From: Fidelibacterota bacterium
GTDB lineage: Bacteria > Fidelibacterota > Marinisomatia > Marinisomatales > Marinisomataceae
Direction: 5' to 3'
DNA length: 64,000 nt
Assembly (NCBI GenBank): GCA_016777965.1
Contig: JADHQL010000001.1
Coordinates: 89,189-153,188 of the forward strand
The position numbers and the translations under genes were made by a program. The notes under the pieces were generated by a model. It was not told the origin of the DNA. It searched no databases and was given only the letters and a program-made list of their open reading frames with translations. Positions 9,767-20,047 of this stretch are shown here, in pieces. Positions within the stretch are counted from its first letter, which is position 1, and every line of letters begins with the position of its first letter.

Positions 9767-9882
9767 TATCCTTGCCTCTGCTTAAATCTAGGGTTTTTCT
9801 TATTAATTACGTAAATACGTCCTTTTCTGCGGACGATAATGCAATCTCTAGTTCTTTTTTTAACTGAAGCTCTTACTTTCAT
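9766..9882 (-). CDS. rpmJ: 50S ribosomal protein L36 (Cys-poor, apparently zinc-independent form)
   Basis: Not in the ORF track. My translation is [38 protein letters not shown] (38 aa). The stop TAA overlaps the rpsM ATG (TAATG). It sits between infA and rpsM as expected. Confidence 0.93.
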   Translation of the reverse strand: MKVRASVKKRTRDCIIVRRKGRIYVINKKNPRFKQRQG

Positions 9883-9884
9883 AA

Positions 9885-10109
9885 TTATTGCCTAAATGTT
9901 ATTCTTCCTCTACTTAAATCATAAGGAGATAATTGTAAATCAACTTTATCTCCAGGAAGCATTTTAATAAAGTGCATTCTCATTTTGCCGCTTACGTGAG
10001 CTAAAACTTCATGCTTTTTTCCTCCAAGATTTATGGTTACCCTAAATCTTGCTCCAGGTAGAGCTTCCTTAATAGTACCTTCTACTTCTATAGATTCTTG
10101 TTTTGTCAT
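9885..10109 (-). CDS. infA: Translation initiation factor IF-1
   Basis: 74-aa ORF with [16 protein letters not shown]...[13 protein letters not shown]. Confidence 0.96.
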   Translation of the reverse strand: MTKQESIEVEGTIKEALPGARFRVTINLGGKKHEVLAHVSGKMRMHFIKMLPGDKVDLQLSPYDLSRGRITFRQ

Positions 10110-10115
10110 TTTTTC

Positions 10116-10865
10116 TTACGTTAAAATTCTGGGTTGGAACTTAGTAATAAGAATTGAATGTTCAAAGTGCGCACTTGCACTGCCATCTTCCGTCCTAATT
10201 GTCCATCCATCGCTATCAGTTTTAATATGTCTAGTTCCTACATTTACCATAGGTTCAATAGCTAGACACATTCCTTCCTTCAATTCAACATTTAAATCTG
10301 CAGTTACAGGGTTAGAAAAATTTGGAACTTGAGGCTTAATATGTAATTGCCTACCAATACCGTGACCAACCAACTCTCTAACAATTGAAAAGCCTTCAGA
10401 TTCAACATATTCTTGTATTGAATTGCTTATATCAAATATTTTATTTCCAATAACAGCATTTTTAATTCCAATTTCTAATGCTCTTTTTGTTACATCTAAC
10501 AATCTTTGCTTTTCTTCAGATATTTTTCCCACAGCTATTGTTCTTGCTGAATCACTATAAAAATCATTTTTAATTACTCCACAATCAATACTTACAATTT
10601 GTCCTTCAACAAGTACTACATCTTTTGGAATTCCATGAACGATCTCATCATCAATGGAGACTGTTAGAGAAGCTGGGAATCCATCATATCCTTTAAAGGC
10701 AGGTTTGGCATTACATGAACTAATGTAATTTTCAGCTATTTTATCTAACTCCAAAACTGATTGACCTGGAAAAATACTATTCTCAACCAAATCAAGAGTA
10801 TCTGAAAGAATCTGACAGCTTTCAGATATAGCATTAACTTCAATATGATTATTAATATCAACCAC
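10116..10865 (-). CDS. map: Methionine aminopeptidase type I
   Basis: 249-aa ORF with VHGIP, DCGV, GHGIG and EHSILIT metal-ligand context. It follows secY directly, with no adk between them. Confidence 0.94.
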   Translation of the reverse strand: MVDINNHIEVNAISESCQILSDTLDLVENSIFPGQSVLELDKIAENYISSCNAKPAFKGYDGFPASLTVSIDDEIVHGIPKDVVLVEGQIVSIDCGVIKNDFYSDSARTIAVGKISEEKQRLLDVTKRALEIGIKNAVIGNKIFDISNSIQEYVESEGFSIVRELVGHGIGRQLHIKPQVPNFSNPVTADLNVELKEGMCLAIEPMVNVGTRHIKTDSDGWTIRTEDGSASAHFEHSILITKFQPRILT

Positions 10866-12165
10866 GTCTACTTCGTACCTTACCTTTAGTTAAAAAACCA
10901 TCATAATGTCTTGATAATAAATGAGACTCTATCTGGCTTAAAGTATCTAATCCAACTCCAACAACAATAAGCAAGCTTGTTCCGCCAAAAAATGAGGCAT
11001 AAGCATAATCTAATCCAGCAAATTGCTGAAGGAAATATGGCATAAGAGCTATAAAACCTAAGAAACAAGCGCCTGGTAGTGTAACTCTAGTTAAAATATT
11101 TTCAATAAACTCTGCAGTCTTTTTTCCTGGTTTAACACCAGGGATAAAACCGCCCTGTTGTTTTAGGGTTGAAGATACTTGATTTGGATCAAATTGTAAT
11201 GCAGTATAAAAATAAGTGAAAAATATAATCAACAATGCAAACATCGTATTAGAAAACCAGTGGTCCATAGCAAATAAGGAGATAAAGTTTGATTGAGTTG
11301 CATCCTGTCCAAAAAACGTTGCAATAGTACCTGGAATTAGAATTATGGATTGAGCAAAAATAATTGGAATTACTCCAGCGGTATTAATTTTTAAAGGTAA
11401 GTAAGTATTTTGACCTCCATATACTTTACGACCTACAATTCTTCTTGCGTATTGAACAGGAACTTTTCTAACACCTTGTTGAACCAAAATAATCATCATC
11501 ACTAAAAAGAAGAAAAGAAGCATTAAAAATAATTCAGAAAGAATTCCTCTGACACCTTGTTGAAAATATGAGATTTCAGAAATTACTACGTTTGGAAATC
11601 CAGCGATGATACCCACCATAATAATTAAAGAAATACCATTTCCAATTCCGTGTTCCGTAATTTTTTCACCAAGCCATAACAAAAGCATAGTACCAGTAGT
11701 AATGCTTACTACAGCAGTAAATCTAAAAAGAAAACCTGGATCTAAAACAATACCGTAACTTTCAAGTAATAAAGCGATAAAAATAGATTGAACAAACGCT
11801 AAAACTACAGTTCCATATCTTGTTATTTGAGTAATTTTTGCTCTTCCACTCTCACCTTCCATAGCTAGTCTTTGAAAATAAGGAAGTGTAGTTTGTAAAA
11901 TTTGAATAACAATTGAAACAGAAATATAGGGCATAATACCTAAACCAAAAATTGCAGCTTGACCAAATGCTCCACCAGTGAACAAGTTGAATAAGCCAAA
12001 GAATGTATCATTTAAAGATTCCATTGTTTGTCTTAGTGCGTCAGGATTAATACCCGGAATTGGCACCTGAGAACCAAGTCTTACAATTACTAGAATACCT
12101 AAGGTAAATAAAATTTTTCTCCTAAGCTCTGGTATTGCAAAAATATTTCTTATTTTTTCAATCAC
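10858..12165 (-). CDS. secY: Preprotein translocase subunit SecY
   Basis: 435-aa polytopic ORF with LGIMPYISVSIVIQIL and GGFIPGVKPGKKT motifs. Confidence 0.96.
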   Translation of the reverse strand: MIEKIRNIFAIPELRRKILFTLGILVIVRLGSQVPIPGINPDALRQTMESLNDTFFGLFNLFTGGAFGQAAIFGLGIMPYISVSIVIQILQTTLPYFQRLAMEGESGRAKITQITRYGTVVLAFVQSIFIALLLESYGIVLDPGFLFRFTAVVSITTGTMLLLWLGEKITEHGIGNGISLIIMVGIIAGFPNVVISEISYFQQGVRGILSELFLMLLFFFLVMMIILVQQGVRKVPVQYARRIVGRKVYGGQNTYLPLKINTAGVIPIIFAQSIILIPGTIATFFGQDATQSNFISLFAMDHWFSNTMFALLIIFFTYFYTALQFDPNQVSSTLKQQGGFIPGVKPGKKTAEFIENILTRVTLPGACFLGFIALMPYFLQQFAGLDYAYASFFGGTSLLIVVGVGLDTLSQIESHLLSRHYDGFLTKGKVRSRRG

Positions 12166-12593
12166 AGAGTGTTAGCCTTTCCTCCAGCATCCTCAATTTT
12201 TTTTACTGCAGAATCGCTGAATGAAGATGCGGTAACATTAACCGCTTTATCAATGGATCCGTTTCCTAATACTTTAACTGGTGCAAGACTAGAAGAAATA
12301 AGTCCACTTTTTGACATTACTTCAGCATCAACATTCTTCACTTTAAGTTTGGAAATTTGTGAAAGGTTCACTATTTCAAATGTTTTTGAGAAATTAGAAT
12401 TATTAAATCCTCTCATTGGTACTCTTCTATGTAAAGGCATTTGACCACCTTCAAACCAAAAACGATATTTGTGACCACTCCTCTGACCGGCGCCTTTATG
12501 ACCCCTACCTGCAGTGGTTCCTAAACCAGAACCATGACCTCTTCCAACTCTTTTAGATTTTTTGAGCGCATTTGTTGGTTTAACTAGTTTCAT
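12162..12593 (-). CDS. rplO: 50S ribosomal protein L15
   Basis: 143-aa ORF with RVGRGHGSGLGTTAGRGHKG. Confidence 0.96.
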   Translation of the reverse strand: MKLVKPTNALKKSKRVGRGHGSGLGTTAGRGHKGAGQRSGHKYRFWFEGGQMPLHRRVPMRGFNNSNFSKTFEIVNLSQISKLKVKNVDAEVMSKSGLISSSLAPVKVLGNGSIDKAVNVTASSFSDSAVKKIEDAGGKANTL

Positions 12594-12775
12594 ACTTCTT
12601 CTACCTTTACTAAATAATCAATTTTCTTAATCATACCCACGATAGCGTCATTTGCTTCTTTAACAACTGATTTATTCATTTTAGTGAGCCCTAATGCATC
12701 AAGAGTAGCTTTAGCTTTTCTTGAATATCCAATTCTGCTTTTAATTTGTGTTATTTTTAATTGTTTTTTAGCCAT
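12590..12775 (-). CDS. rpmD: 50S ribosomal protein L30
   Basis: The ORF track starts at 12787 (MRFKM...). The ATG at 12775 (MAKKQLKITQIKS...) lies just past the rpsE stop and fits the L30 N-terminus. Confidence 0.9.
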   Translation of the reverse strand: MAKKQLKITQIKSRIGYSRKAKATLDALGLTKMNKSVVKEANDAIVGMIKKIDYLVKVEEV

Positions 12776-12776
12776 T

Positions 12777-13277
12777 TTAAATCTCAAAAAGTGTTTTAGG
12801 TGTTTTTCCTCTTTTCTTAGCTACAACTCTGACATCCTGTAAGCTAGTTAATGCATTCATGACAGCTTTTGCAACATTCATAGCATTGTTAGATCCTAAT
12901 ACTTTTGAATAAATATTATTAATTCCAACTTGTTCCATAATTAATCTTGCCGCAGAACCAGCAATGATACCTGTACCATAGGGAGCAGGCTTTAATAAAA
13001 CTCTACTAGCTCCGTGCTTTCCAATTATTTCATGAGGAATAGTATAATTTATTACTGGAACTTTAACCAAATTCTGTCTAGCATTTTCTTTAGCCTTATT
13101 TATTGATACAATAACCTCATTAGCTTTACCAGAACCAATACCAACATATGATTTACCGTCACCAATAACTACAAGGGTAGAAAAACTAAACCTTTTTCCA
13201 CGTGAATTAACTTTAGCTACTCTATTAATTCTGATAACTGATTCTTCTTTTAAATCAAGTTCTGAAAAATTTATCAT
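12777..13277 (-). CDS. rpsE: 30S ribosomal protein S5
   Basis: 166-aa ORF with RGKRFSFSTLVVIGDG...GIGSGKANEV. Confidence 0.96.
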   Translation of the reverse strand: MINFSELDLKEESVIRINRVAKVNSRGKRFSFSTLVVIGDGKSYVGIGSGKANEVIVSINKAKENARQNLVKVPVINYTIPHEIIGKHGASRVLLKPAPYGTGIIAGSAARLIMEQVGINNIYSKVLGSNNAMNVAKAVMNALTSLQDVRVVAKKRGKTPKTLFEI

Positions 13278-13295
13278 ACTTATTCATGCTCCATC

Positions 13296-13655
13296 TTAAA
13301 ATTTAAGACCACCTTCTCTAGCTGCATCAGCTAAAGATTTCACTCTTCCGTGGTATCTAAATCCATTTCTATCAAAATAAATTTTATTAATCTTTTTTCC
13401 TTTTACTCTTTTGGAAAGAGAAGTTCCAACAAGTGCTGCAATTTCAGTTTTAGTCAACTTTTTCTTTGAAAACTCTTTCTCTTTTGAAGAAGCAGAAACA
13501 ATAGTCTTTTGATTGAAATCATCTATGATTTGTGCTTCAATGTGACTAGTACTCTTAAAAATACATAATCTCATTTCATCTTTTTTTGGGAAGGGTTTTT
13601 TTGATCTTTTTCTTCTTCTTAAATACTGTTCTTTTTTTACTATTAAAGCTTTCAT
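13296..13655 (-). CDS. rplR: 50S ribosomal protein L18
   Basis: 119-aa ORF with C-terminal FDRNGFRYHGRVKSLADAAREGGLKF. Confidence 0.96.
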   Translation of the reverse strand: MKALIVKKEQYLRRRKRSKKPFPKKDEMRLCIFKSTSHIEAQIIDDFNQKTIVSASSKEKEFSKKKLTKTEIAALVGTSLSKRVKGKKINKIYFDRNGFRYHGRVKSLADAAREGGLKF

Positions 13656-14197
13656 TAGTCGCCCCCTCCAACTGTTTTACCTTGTTTTGAACGAACATAT
13701 TCGTCTTTATATCTAATACCTTTTCCTTTATATGGTTCAGGCTTCTTTAAAGATCTAATCTTAGCAGCTACTTGACCGACTAGCTGTTTATCAGCGCCTT
13801 TAATTTCAAGTGAGGTTTTATTAGCTACTGCTTCAATCCCCTGAGGTAAATCAAATGCAATATCATGCGAAAAACCTAGCTGAAATATTAACCTACTACT
13901 CTCAGGCTTTACATTAAAACCAACTCCAATAATTTCAAGGTGTTTTGAAAAACCATTTGTAACACCTTCAATAGCATTAAAAATTAACTGTCTTGTAGTG
14001 CCATGCATAGACTTTGCAACTTTATCTTCAGAATTTCTTGAAAGAGTCATTACTTTATCATCAATATTGACTGAAACTTCGTCACATAAGTTTACCAAAA
14101 GACTTCCATTAGGCCCTTTAATCATTAACTGGCTTCCTTTATTTTCTAAAGAAACGCTATCAGGAATATTAATTAATCTATTTCCAACTCTTGACAT
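13655..14197 (-). CDS. rplF: 50S ribosomal protein L6
   Basis: The ORF track extends to 14230. The ATG at 14197 (MSRVGNRLINIP...) is the typical L6 N-terminus and abuts the rpsH stop. Confidence 0.93.
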   Translation of the reverse strand: MSRVGNRLINIPDSVSLENKGSQLMIKGPNGSLLVNLCDEVSVNIDDKVMTLSRNSEDKVAKSMHGTTRQLIFNAIEGVTNGFSKHLEIIGVGFNVKPESSRLIFQLGFSHDIAFDLPQGIEAVANKTSLEIKGADKQLVGQVAAKIRSLKKPEPYKGKGIRYKDEYVRSKQGKTVGGGD

Positions 14198-14198
14198 A

Positions 14199-14597
14199 CT
14201 ACCAAACGTTGCAGAGCAACTCTCCTCCAACTTTTAATTCTCTAGCTACTTTATTACTTACTACTCCTTTTGGAGTTGATAAAACGCTGATTCCCAAACC
14301 ATTTAATACTCTAGGAATTTCAGAACATGCAACATACACTCTTTTCCCAGGTTTACTAATTTTTTCAATTATTGTAATAGCAGGAGCATATTCATTATAT
14401 CTAAGATATAATCTAATATCTTCTTTGCTATCTCCTTTATCTACAAAAACAAAGTTATCTAAATAACCTTCTTCTTTAAGAATAAGAGATAATCTTTTCT
14501 TTAAGGTAGATGAAGGTACATCAACCCATCTCTTTTTTGCAGCATAACCATTTCTGATTCTAGTACAAAAATCTGCTATTGGATCTGTCATTGACAT
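14199..14597 (-). CDS. rpsH: 30S ribosomal protein S8
   Basis: 132-aa ORF beginning MSMTDPIADFCTRIRNG, with C-terminal GGELLCNVW. Confidence 0.96.
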   Translation of the reverse strand: MSMTDPIADFCTRIRNGYAAKKRWVDVPSSTLKKRLSLILKEEGYLDNFVFVDKGDSKEDIRLYLRYNEYAPAITIIEKISKPGKRVYVACSEIPRVLNGLGISVLSTPKGVVSNKVARELKVGGELLCNVW

Positions 14598-14606
14598 ATA
14601 TTTCTC

Positions 14607-14912
14607 CTACCAACTTGCCTTTGTTACACCAGGTAATTCACCATTGAGTGCAAGCTCTCTAAATGTTATCCTTGATAATCCAAATTTTCTCATATATCCT
14701 TTTGGTCTTCCTGATACAGCACAACGATTTGTTAATCTTGAAGCACTGGAAGATCTAGGAAGTTTTTGCATCTTAATAATAGCTTTCTCTTTCTCTTCGT
14801 AAGATACATTTGGATTTTTAATTATTGCTCTTAACTCTTTTCTTAATTCAAAATGTCTCTGAACTTTTTTCTGCAAATGAAATTCTCTAACAATTTTTGA
14901 TTTTTTAGCCAT
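14607..14912 (-). CDS. rpsN: 30S ribosomal protein S14 (long, non-zinc form)
   Basis: The ORF track extends to 14924. The ATG at 14912 gives MAKKSKIV... The C-terminus is [24 protein letters not shown]. There is no CxxC pair. Confidence 0.94.
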   Translation of the reverse strand: MAKKSKIVREFHLQKKVQRHFELRKELRAIIKNPNVSYEEKEKAIIKMQKLPRSSSASRLTNRCAVSGRPKGYMRKFGLSRITFRELALNGELPGVTKASW

Positions 14913-15489
14913 CCTGCTCCTCAATATTATTTACAACATTTTTTTCCCTAATAGGTAAACCCATAGCTCTTAACAGTTCATAACAAACATCATCATTTCT
15001 AGATGAAGTTGTAATAATAACATCCATACCTCTAATTGAATCAACTTTATCATAATCTATTTCAGCAAAAACAACTTGCTCTTTAATACCAAAACTATAA
15101 TTGCCCATACCATCAAAGGACTTGAAAGACAAACCTCTAAAATCTCTAGTTCTAGGTAATGCAACTGCACACAATCTTTCTAAAAACTCATACATAAAGT
15201 CTTTTCTAAGAGTAACTTTACAACCAACAGGAAAACCTCTTCTAACTTTAAAGTTAGAAATATCCTTTTTGGCAGTAGTAACAACAGGCTTTTGACCTGT
15301 AATAAGCATGAGCTCATCTAAAGCTGACTGCAATGCCTTTTTATTGTCTTTTGCATCACCAATACCGATATTTAATGTAATCTTTTCAATTTTTGGAACT
15401 TGCATAATACTAGAAAACTCAAACTTCTTCATCAAGTGAGGTCTGACTTCATCTAAATATTTTTTCTTATAATTTGGTACATTCATCAT
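14905..15489 (-). CDS. rplE: 50S ribosomal protein L5
   Basis: 194-aa ORF with [17 protein letters not shown] and FRGLS...[14 protein letters not shown]. Confidence 0.96.
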   Translation of the reverse strand: MMNVPNYKKKYLDEVRPHLMKKFEFSSIMQVPKIEKITLNIGIGDAKDNKKALQSALDELMLITGQKPVVTTAKKDISNFKVRRGFPVGCKVTLRKDFMYEFLERLCAVALPRTRDFRGLSFKSFDGMGNYSFGIKEQVVFAEIDYDKVDSIRGMDVIITTSSRNDDVCYELLRAMGLPIREKNVVNNIEEQDG

Positions 15490-15795
15490 TTATCCTAATT
15501 CTTTACCACTTCTCTTTGATACTCTAACTTTAGATTTATCATCAAGAATTTTAAAACCTATTCTTGAAGCATTATCACCTTCCAGCGCCATCAAGTTAGA
15601 GATGTGTAATGATCTTTCTCTTTCTGTAAAGCCTCCTTGCGGATTCTCTTGTGTAGGACGTACTGCTCTTTTTGTTAATGCAACACCTTCAACAATTGCT
15701 CGCTGAGAGTGAGGAATTACTTTTAGTACTTTTCCAGTCATACCTTTGAAGTTTCCAGAAACAACTTTAACCATCATATTTTTTTTAATTTTCAT
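15490..15795 (-). CDS. rplX: 50S ribosomal protein L24
   Basis: 101-aa ORF with KOW-like VVSGNFKGMTGKVLKV. Confidence 0.95.
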   Translation of the reverse strand: MKIKKNMMVKVVSGNFKGMTGKVLKVIPHSQRAIVEGVALTKRAVRPTQENPQGGFTERERSLHISNLMALEGDNASRIGFKILDDKSKVRVSKRSGKELG

Positions 15796-16163
15796 TACAA
15801 TACCTCTGGGGCCATTGAAATAATTTTCATATACCCGCCTTCTCTTAATTCTCTTGCTACAGGACCAAAAATTCTTGTTCCTTTTGGCTCATTTTGAGCA
15901 TTTAATATCACTGCAGCATTATCATCAAATCTAATATAAGAGCCGTCTCTTCTTCTGACTTCTTTTTTCACTCGAACAACAACAGCTCTTGCCACTTCAC
16001 CTTTTTTAACCATACCGCCAGGTGATGATGATTTGACAGATACAACTATAATATCTCCAATGCTTGCATATCTTTTCTTTGAACCGCCCAATACTTTAAA
16101 ACACTGGACAACTTTCGCTCCAGAATTATCTGCTACTTTTAATCTTGTTTCCTGTTGAATCAT
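15795..16163 (-). CDS. rplN: 50S ribosomal protein L14
   Basis: 122-aa ORF beginning [17 protein letters not shown]. Confidence 0.97.
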   Translation of the reverse strand: MIQQETRLKVADNSGAKVVQCFKVLGGSKKRYASIGDIIVVSVKSSSPGGMVKKGEVARAVVVRVKKEVRRRDGSYIRFDDNAAVILNAQNEPKGTRIFGPVARELREGGYMKIISMAPEVL

Positions 16164-16417
16164 TATTTTTTACTTCCGCTAATAAATTTAGATGCTCTCC
16201 ATCTTTTTGTCTTGCTCAAAGGTCTAGAAGAAACTATTTGAACGGTGTCTCCGACATTAAATGCGTTCTTTTCATCATGAGCATAGTATTTTTTAGATCT
16301 TTTCATATATTTCTTATAAAGCTTGTGCTTCACAAGTCTTTCAACGCTCACTACAACAGTTTTATCCATTGCATTTGAAATAACTTTTCCTACCATTCTT
16401 TGAGAATTTCTATCCAT
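16163..16417 (-). CDS. rpsQ: 30S ribosomal protein S17
   Basis: 84-aa ORF with [28 protein letters not shown]. Confidence 0.95.
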   Translation of the reverse strand: MDRNSQRMVGKVISNAMDKTVVVSVERLVKHKLYKKYMKRSKKYYAHDEKNAFNVGDTVQIVSSRPLSKTKRWRASKFISGSKK

Positions 16418-16620
16418 TAATTATTTTCTCCATTTAAAGATAATTCTTTTAATATAGTATTAATCTTAGCATTCTCTTTTTTCATTTCAGAAATAAGCTT
16501 GTAATCTTCTAATTGTTGAATAGATTTCTGGAAACGATACTTTTGCAAACTTTCCAGATTATCAATCAATCTTGATTTCAAGTCATTTTCAGACAATTTT
16601 CTAAGATCTTCAATTTTCAT
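16417..16620 (-). CDS. rpmC: 50S ribosomal protein L29
   Basis: 67-aa ORF between rplP and rpsQ. It is a helical protein with the [13 protein letters not shown] pattern. Confidence 0.9.
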   Translation of the reverse strand: MKIEDLRKLSENDLKSRLIDNLESLQKYRFQKSIQQLEDYKLISEMKKENAKINTILKELSLNGENN

Positions 16621-17032
16621 CTAAACCTCTTTTGGATACTAATTTTGTTTTAATTGCTAGCTTATTTCCAGCGATTCTAAAAGCTTCTTGAGCTAATTCT
16701 TTTGGTATCCCTTCCACTTCAAATAAAATTCTTCCCGGTCTTACATTAGCCACCCAATATTCAGGTGAACCTTTACCTTTACCCATTCTTGTTTCAAGAG
16801 GTTTTTTTGTAATAGGTTTATCTGGAAAAATCCTAATCCACATCTTTCCTATTTTTCTTACTCTTCTAGATATAGAAATTCTTGTTGCTTCTATTTGTCT
16901 AGCAGTAATCCATCCTGGCTCCATCGCTTTCATGCCATAGCTACCGAAGTTTACTTCCGTACCGCCTTTAGCCATTCCTTTACGGTTTCCTCTGTGAACT
17001 TTTCTATATTTAATTTTTTTTGGTTCTAACAT
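16610..17032 (-). CDS. rplP: 50S ribosomal protein L16
   Basis: 140-aa ORF beginning [15 protein letters not shown], with [14 protein letters not shown]. Confidence 0.97.
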   Translation of the reverse strand: MLEPKKIKYRKVHRGNRKGMAKGGTEVNFGSYGMKAMEPGWITARQIEATRISISRRVRKIGKMWIRIFPDKPITKKPLETRMGKGKGSPEYWVANVRPGRILFEVEGIPKELAQEAFRIAGNKLAIKTKLVSKRGLDEN

Positions 17033-17670
17033 TATTTCTTAACCTTTGCAAATCCGTTACAAATCCAAACTTTAATTCCAATAATACCATAAGTAGTATG
17101 AGCTTCAACAAGCGCATAATCTATATCTGCTCTCAAAGTATGAAGAGGTACTCTTCCTTCCATAAATCTTTCAGATCTTGCAATTTCAACACCCCCTAAT
17201 CTACCAGATACATTGATTCTAATTCCTTCAGCACCCATTCTCATAGTTGATTGCATGGTTTTATTTAAAATTCTTCTATATGGCATTTTTTTCACCAACT
17301 GAGCCGCAATATTTTGGCCAACCAATTCTGCATTTAGTTCTGGACGTTTTACTTCGTTAATATTTAGATGTATATCTTCAGTATTACACAGCTTAGCAAC
17401 TTCTTTTTTAAGTCTAGCTACTTCTTCACCGCCTCTACCAATAACAATACCTGGTCTAGCAGTATGTATAGCAACAGTAATTGCCTGAGAAGTTCTTTCA
17501 ATATTTATTGAAGCAACTGAGGCGTCTTGCAGTCTTTTCTTCAAATACTTTCTTAACTTAATATCTTGAGCCAAATCAGTAGCATAGGCATTCTTCTTTG
17601 GAAACCAATTGGAAGTCCAGTTTTTATTAACTTCTAATCTAAGTCCTTTTGGATGTGTCTTTTGTCCCAT
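17032..17670 (-). CDS. rpsC: 30S ribosomal protein S3
   Basis: 212-aa ORF beginning [12 protein letters not shown], with KH-domain [11 protein letters not shown]. Confidence 0.97.
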   Translation of the reverse strand: MGQKTHPKGLRLEVNKNWTSNWFPKKNAYATDLAQDIKLRKYLKKRLQDASVASINIERTSQAITVAIHTARPGIVIGRGGEEVARLKKEVAKLCNTEDIHLNINEVKRPELNAELVGQNIAAQLVKKMPYRRILNKTMQSTMRMGAEGIRINVSGRLGGVEIARSERFMEGRVPLHTLRADIDYALVEAHTTYGIIGIKVWICNGFAKVKK

Positions 17671-17674
17671 TTAT

Positions 17675-18010
17675 TTATCCTATAACAATTTTTAAGTGAC
17701 TGGTTCTTTTCTTTATTCTGTTTGCTCGACCTTGAGCTCTTGCTCTAAATCTTTTTAATGCTGGGCCTTCATCAACAGTAATAGTTTTTACATTAACTGA
17801 ATTCATATCAAGATTAAAATCTACGTTATTGTCAGCATTAGCAATGGCTGAAGATAGAGTTTTTAAAATAATAGCTGCTCCTTTTTCATCCATATGACTT
17901 AGAGAGTTAAGAGCTTTATTTACATTCAAACCTCTTACTAAATCAGCTACTTTTCTCAATTTTTTTGGAGAAATTCTAACACTATTTGCTTTTGATACAA
18001 TTTCCATCAT
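17675..18010 (-). CDS. rplV: 50S ribosomal protein L22
   Basis: 111-aa ORF with RISPKKLRKVADLVRG...RFRARAQGRANRIKKRTSH. Confidence 0.96.
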   Translation of the reverse strand: MMEIVSKANSVRISPKKLRKVADLVRGLNVNKALNSLSHMDEKGAAIILKTLSSAIANADNNVDFNLDMNSVNVKTITVDEGPALKRFRARAQGRANRIKKRTSHLKIVIG

Positions 18011-18282
18011 TATTTTTTCTTTCTATCTCCAGAATGCATTCTAAATGTTCTTGTTGGAGAAAATTCACCTAGCTTATGACCTACCATATTTTCAGTAATG
18101 AAAACTGGAATAAACTTATTGCCATTATGAACGGCAAACGTATGGCCTACAAAGTCTGGAAGAATAATTGAGTTTCTAGCCCAAGTCTTAATAACAGACT
18201 TTTTTGAAGATTCTTCCATTTTATGAACCTTTTTTAAAAGTTTCATATCAATATGAGGACCTTTTCTAATGGATCTAGCCAT
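18010..18282 (-). CDS. rpsS: 30S ribosomal protein S19
   Basis: 90-aa ORF beginning [12 protein letters not shown], with [29 protein letters not shown]. Confidence 0.97.
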   Translation of the reverse strand: MARSIRKGPHIDMKLLKKVHKMEESSKKSVIKTWARNSIILPDFVGHTFAVHNGNKFIPVFITENMVGHKLGEFSPTRTFRMHSGDRKKK

Positions 18283-19109
18283 TAATCATTTCTCCTTTTA
18301 ATAATTAAAGCATTTGATTTTTTATTCTTTTTACGGGTTTTTAAACCTTTTGTTTGCTTACCCCACGGTGAAACAGGATGTCTACCTCCAGAACTTTTAC
18401 CTTCACCACCACCCATTGGATGATCAACTGGATTCATCGCTACACCTCTAACTTTTGGTCGTCTTCCAAGCCATCTTGATCTTCCAGCTTTTCCTGAACG
18501 AACCAACTCGTGTTGCTTATTTCCTACAACACCTATAGTTGCTAAACATTTTTCAGGAACCATTCTAACTTCTCCTGATGGCATTTTAAGCGTAACATAA
18601 TTGTTGTCGCGTGCCATAACTTGAACATATGCACCTGCACTTCTAGCCATCTGTGCTCCTTTTCCAGGAATCATTTCGATATTATGAACGAATTGTCCAG
18701 ATGGAATATTTTTTAACTGCATAGCATTTCCAGTTTTTAGCTCAGCCTTTTCGCTTGAAATAATTTTATCTCCAACTTTTAACCCATTAGGCTGAATAAT
18801 ATATCTTTTTTCACCATCGATGTAGTGAATTAAAGCAATAAATGCACTTCTGTTTGGATCATATTCAATTGTTGCTACTTTACCCTCAATATCAAATTTA
18901 TTTCTTTTAAAATCGATGATTCTATAACTTCTTTTATGGCCGCCACCCCTTCTTCTAGAAGTGATACGACCTTTATTATTTCTACCGCCAGTTTTCTTAA
19001 GTTTTCTTACCAAAGACTTCTCTGGCTTATCAGTTGTAATTTCTGAAAAATCTGGTCTAGAAGTAAATCTAGATGCTGGAGTTACTGGTTTAAGTTGTCT
19101 AATAGCCAT
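18282..19109 (-). CDS. rplB: 50S ribosomal protein L2
   Basis: 275-aa ORF with [19 protein letters not shown] and [15 protein letters not shown]. Confidence 0.97.
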   Translation of the reverse strand: MAIRQLKPVTPASRFTSRPDFSEITTDKPEKSLVRKLKKTGGRNNKGRITSRRRGGGHKRSYRIIDFKRNKFDIEGKVATIEYDPNRSAFIALIHYIDGEKRYIIQPNGLKVGDKIISSEKAELKTGNAMQLKNIPSGQFVHNIEMIPGKGAQMARSAGAYVQVMARDNNYVTLKMPSGEVRMVPEKCLATIGVVGNKQHELVRSGKAGRSRWLGRRPKVRGVAMNPVDHPMGGGEGKSSGGRHPVSPWGKQTKGLKTRKKNKKSNALIIKRRND

Positions 19110-19118
19110 TTATAACAC

Positions 19119-19430
19119 CTATACGCTGAATAAATCTATATTATAACCATCTATTAATGTAACAATGGCTCTTTTTTTACTTTTAGCAAATCCATCAGTT
19201 CTTATAGTTCGACCATTACTTTTAACTGTCATTTGCTTTGCTTTACCTTTTCTACTAGAAATTGCAACTTTTGAAACTTTTACATTGAATTTTTGTTCTA
19301 CAGCTTTTTTAACATCAATCTTATTGATATCAGAAGGTATCTCAAAAACGTATTTATTTTCTGTCTCTTGTAAGGCTGTCATCTTTTCAGTAACTATAGG
19401 TCTAATCAAAATTTTTGAAAAATATTTCAT
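19119..19430 (-). CDS. rplW: 50S ribosomal protein L23
   Basis: 103-aa ORF between rplD and rplB, with ILIRPIVTEK...KYVFEI. Confidence 0.93.
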   Translation of the reverse strand: MKYFSKILIRPIVTEKMTALQETENKYVFEIPSDINKIDVKKAVEQKFNVKVSKVAISSRKGKAKQMTVKSNGRTIRTDGFAKSKKRAIVTLIDGYNIDLFSV

Positions 19431-20047
19431 TAGCTTTTGCCTCCAAATCTATTTGAAAGATCCTCTAGTCCAGATACATCAATAAGTATTAACTCATTAT
19501 CAAATAAATCTTTAACAGAACAAGAATTGGCTTTAACTAAAGAAACATAAGGTACATTTCTTGATGCTAAAGACAGGTTGTCGTCGATAACTGAAGAGAT
19601 AATTGTTAACTTTCTACCATCAAGATTATTTTTTCTTAAAAAGGATATAAATTCTTTGGTTTTAGGTTGATTAGGAAATGATTCAACCACTTTAAATGAA
19701 TCATTTTTAACCTTGTCAGATAATATGCATTTAAAAGCAAGCTGCTTAGTTTTAGCATTAACTTTTTTGAAATAATATTTAGGACTTGGACCAAAAATAA
19801 CACCTCCGCCTCTATTCAATGGAGATCTGCTAGTACCTTGTCTAGCGTTACCGGTACCTTTCTGCCTAAAAGGCTTTTTTCCTCCACCAGAAACCAAAGA
19901 TCTGTTTTTAGATGAACTAGTTCCTTGTCTAGAATTATTCATTTCTGCAACAACAGACTGATAAACTGCTTGCGAGTTCATTTCAACTTTGAAAACATTT
20001 TCTTTCAAAGTAAAATCTTTGCTAGTATCTATTGATTTAATCTTCAT
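19430..20047 (-). CDS. rplD: 50S ribosomal protein L4
   Basis: 205-aa ORF with GGGKKPFRQKGTGNARQGTSRSP. Confidence 0.96.
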   Translation of the reverse strand: MKIKSIDTSKDFTLKENVFKVEMNSQAVYQSVVAEMNNSRQGTSSSKNRSLVSGGGKKPFRQKGTGNARQGTSRSPLNRGGGVIFGPSPKYYFKKVNAKTKQLAFKCILSDKVKNDSFKVVESFPNQPKTKEFISFLRKNNLDGRKLTIISSVIDDNLSLASRNVPYVSLVKANSCSVKDLFDNELILIDVSGLEDLSNRFGGKS

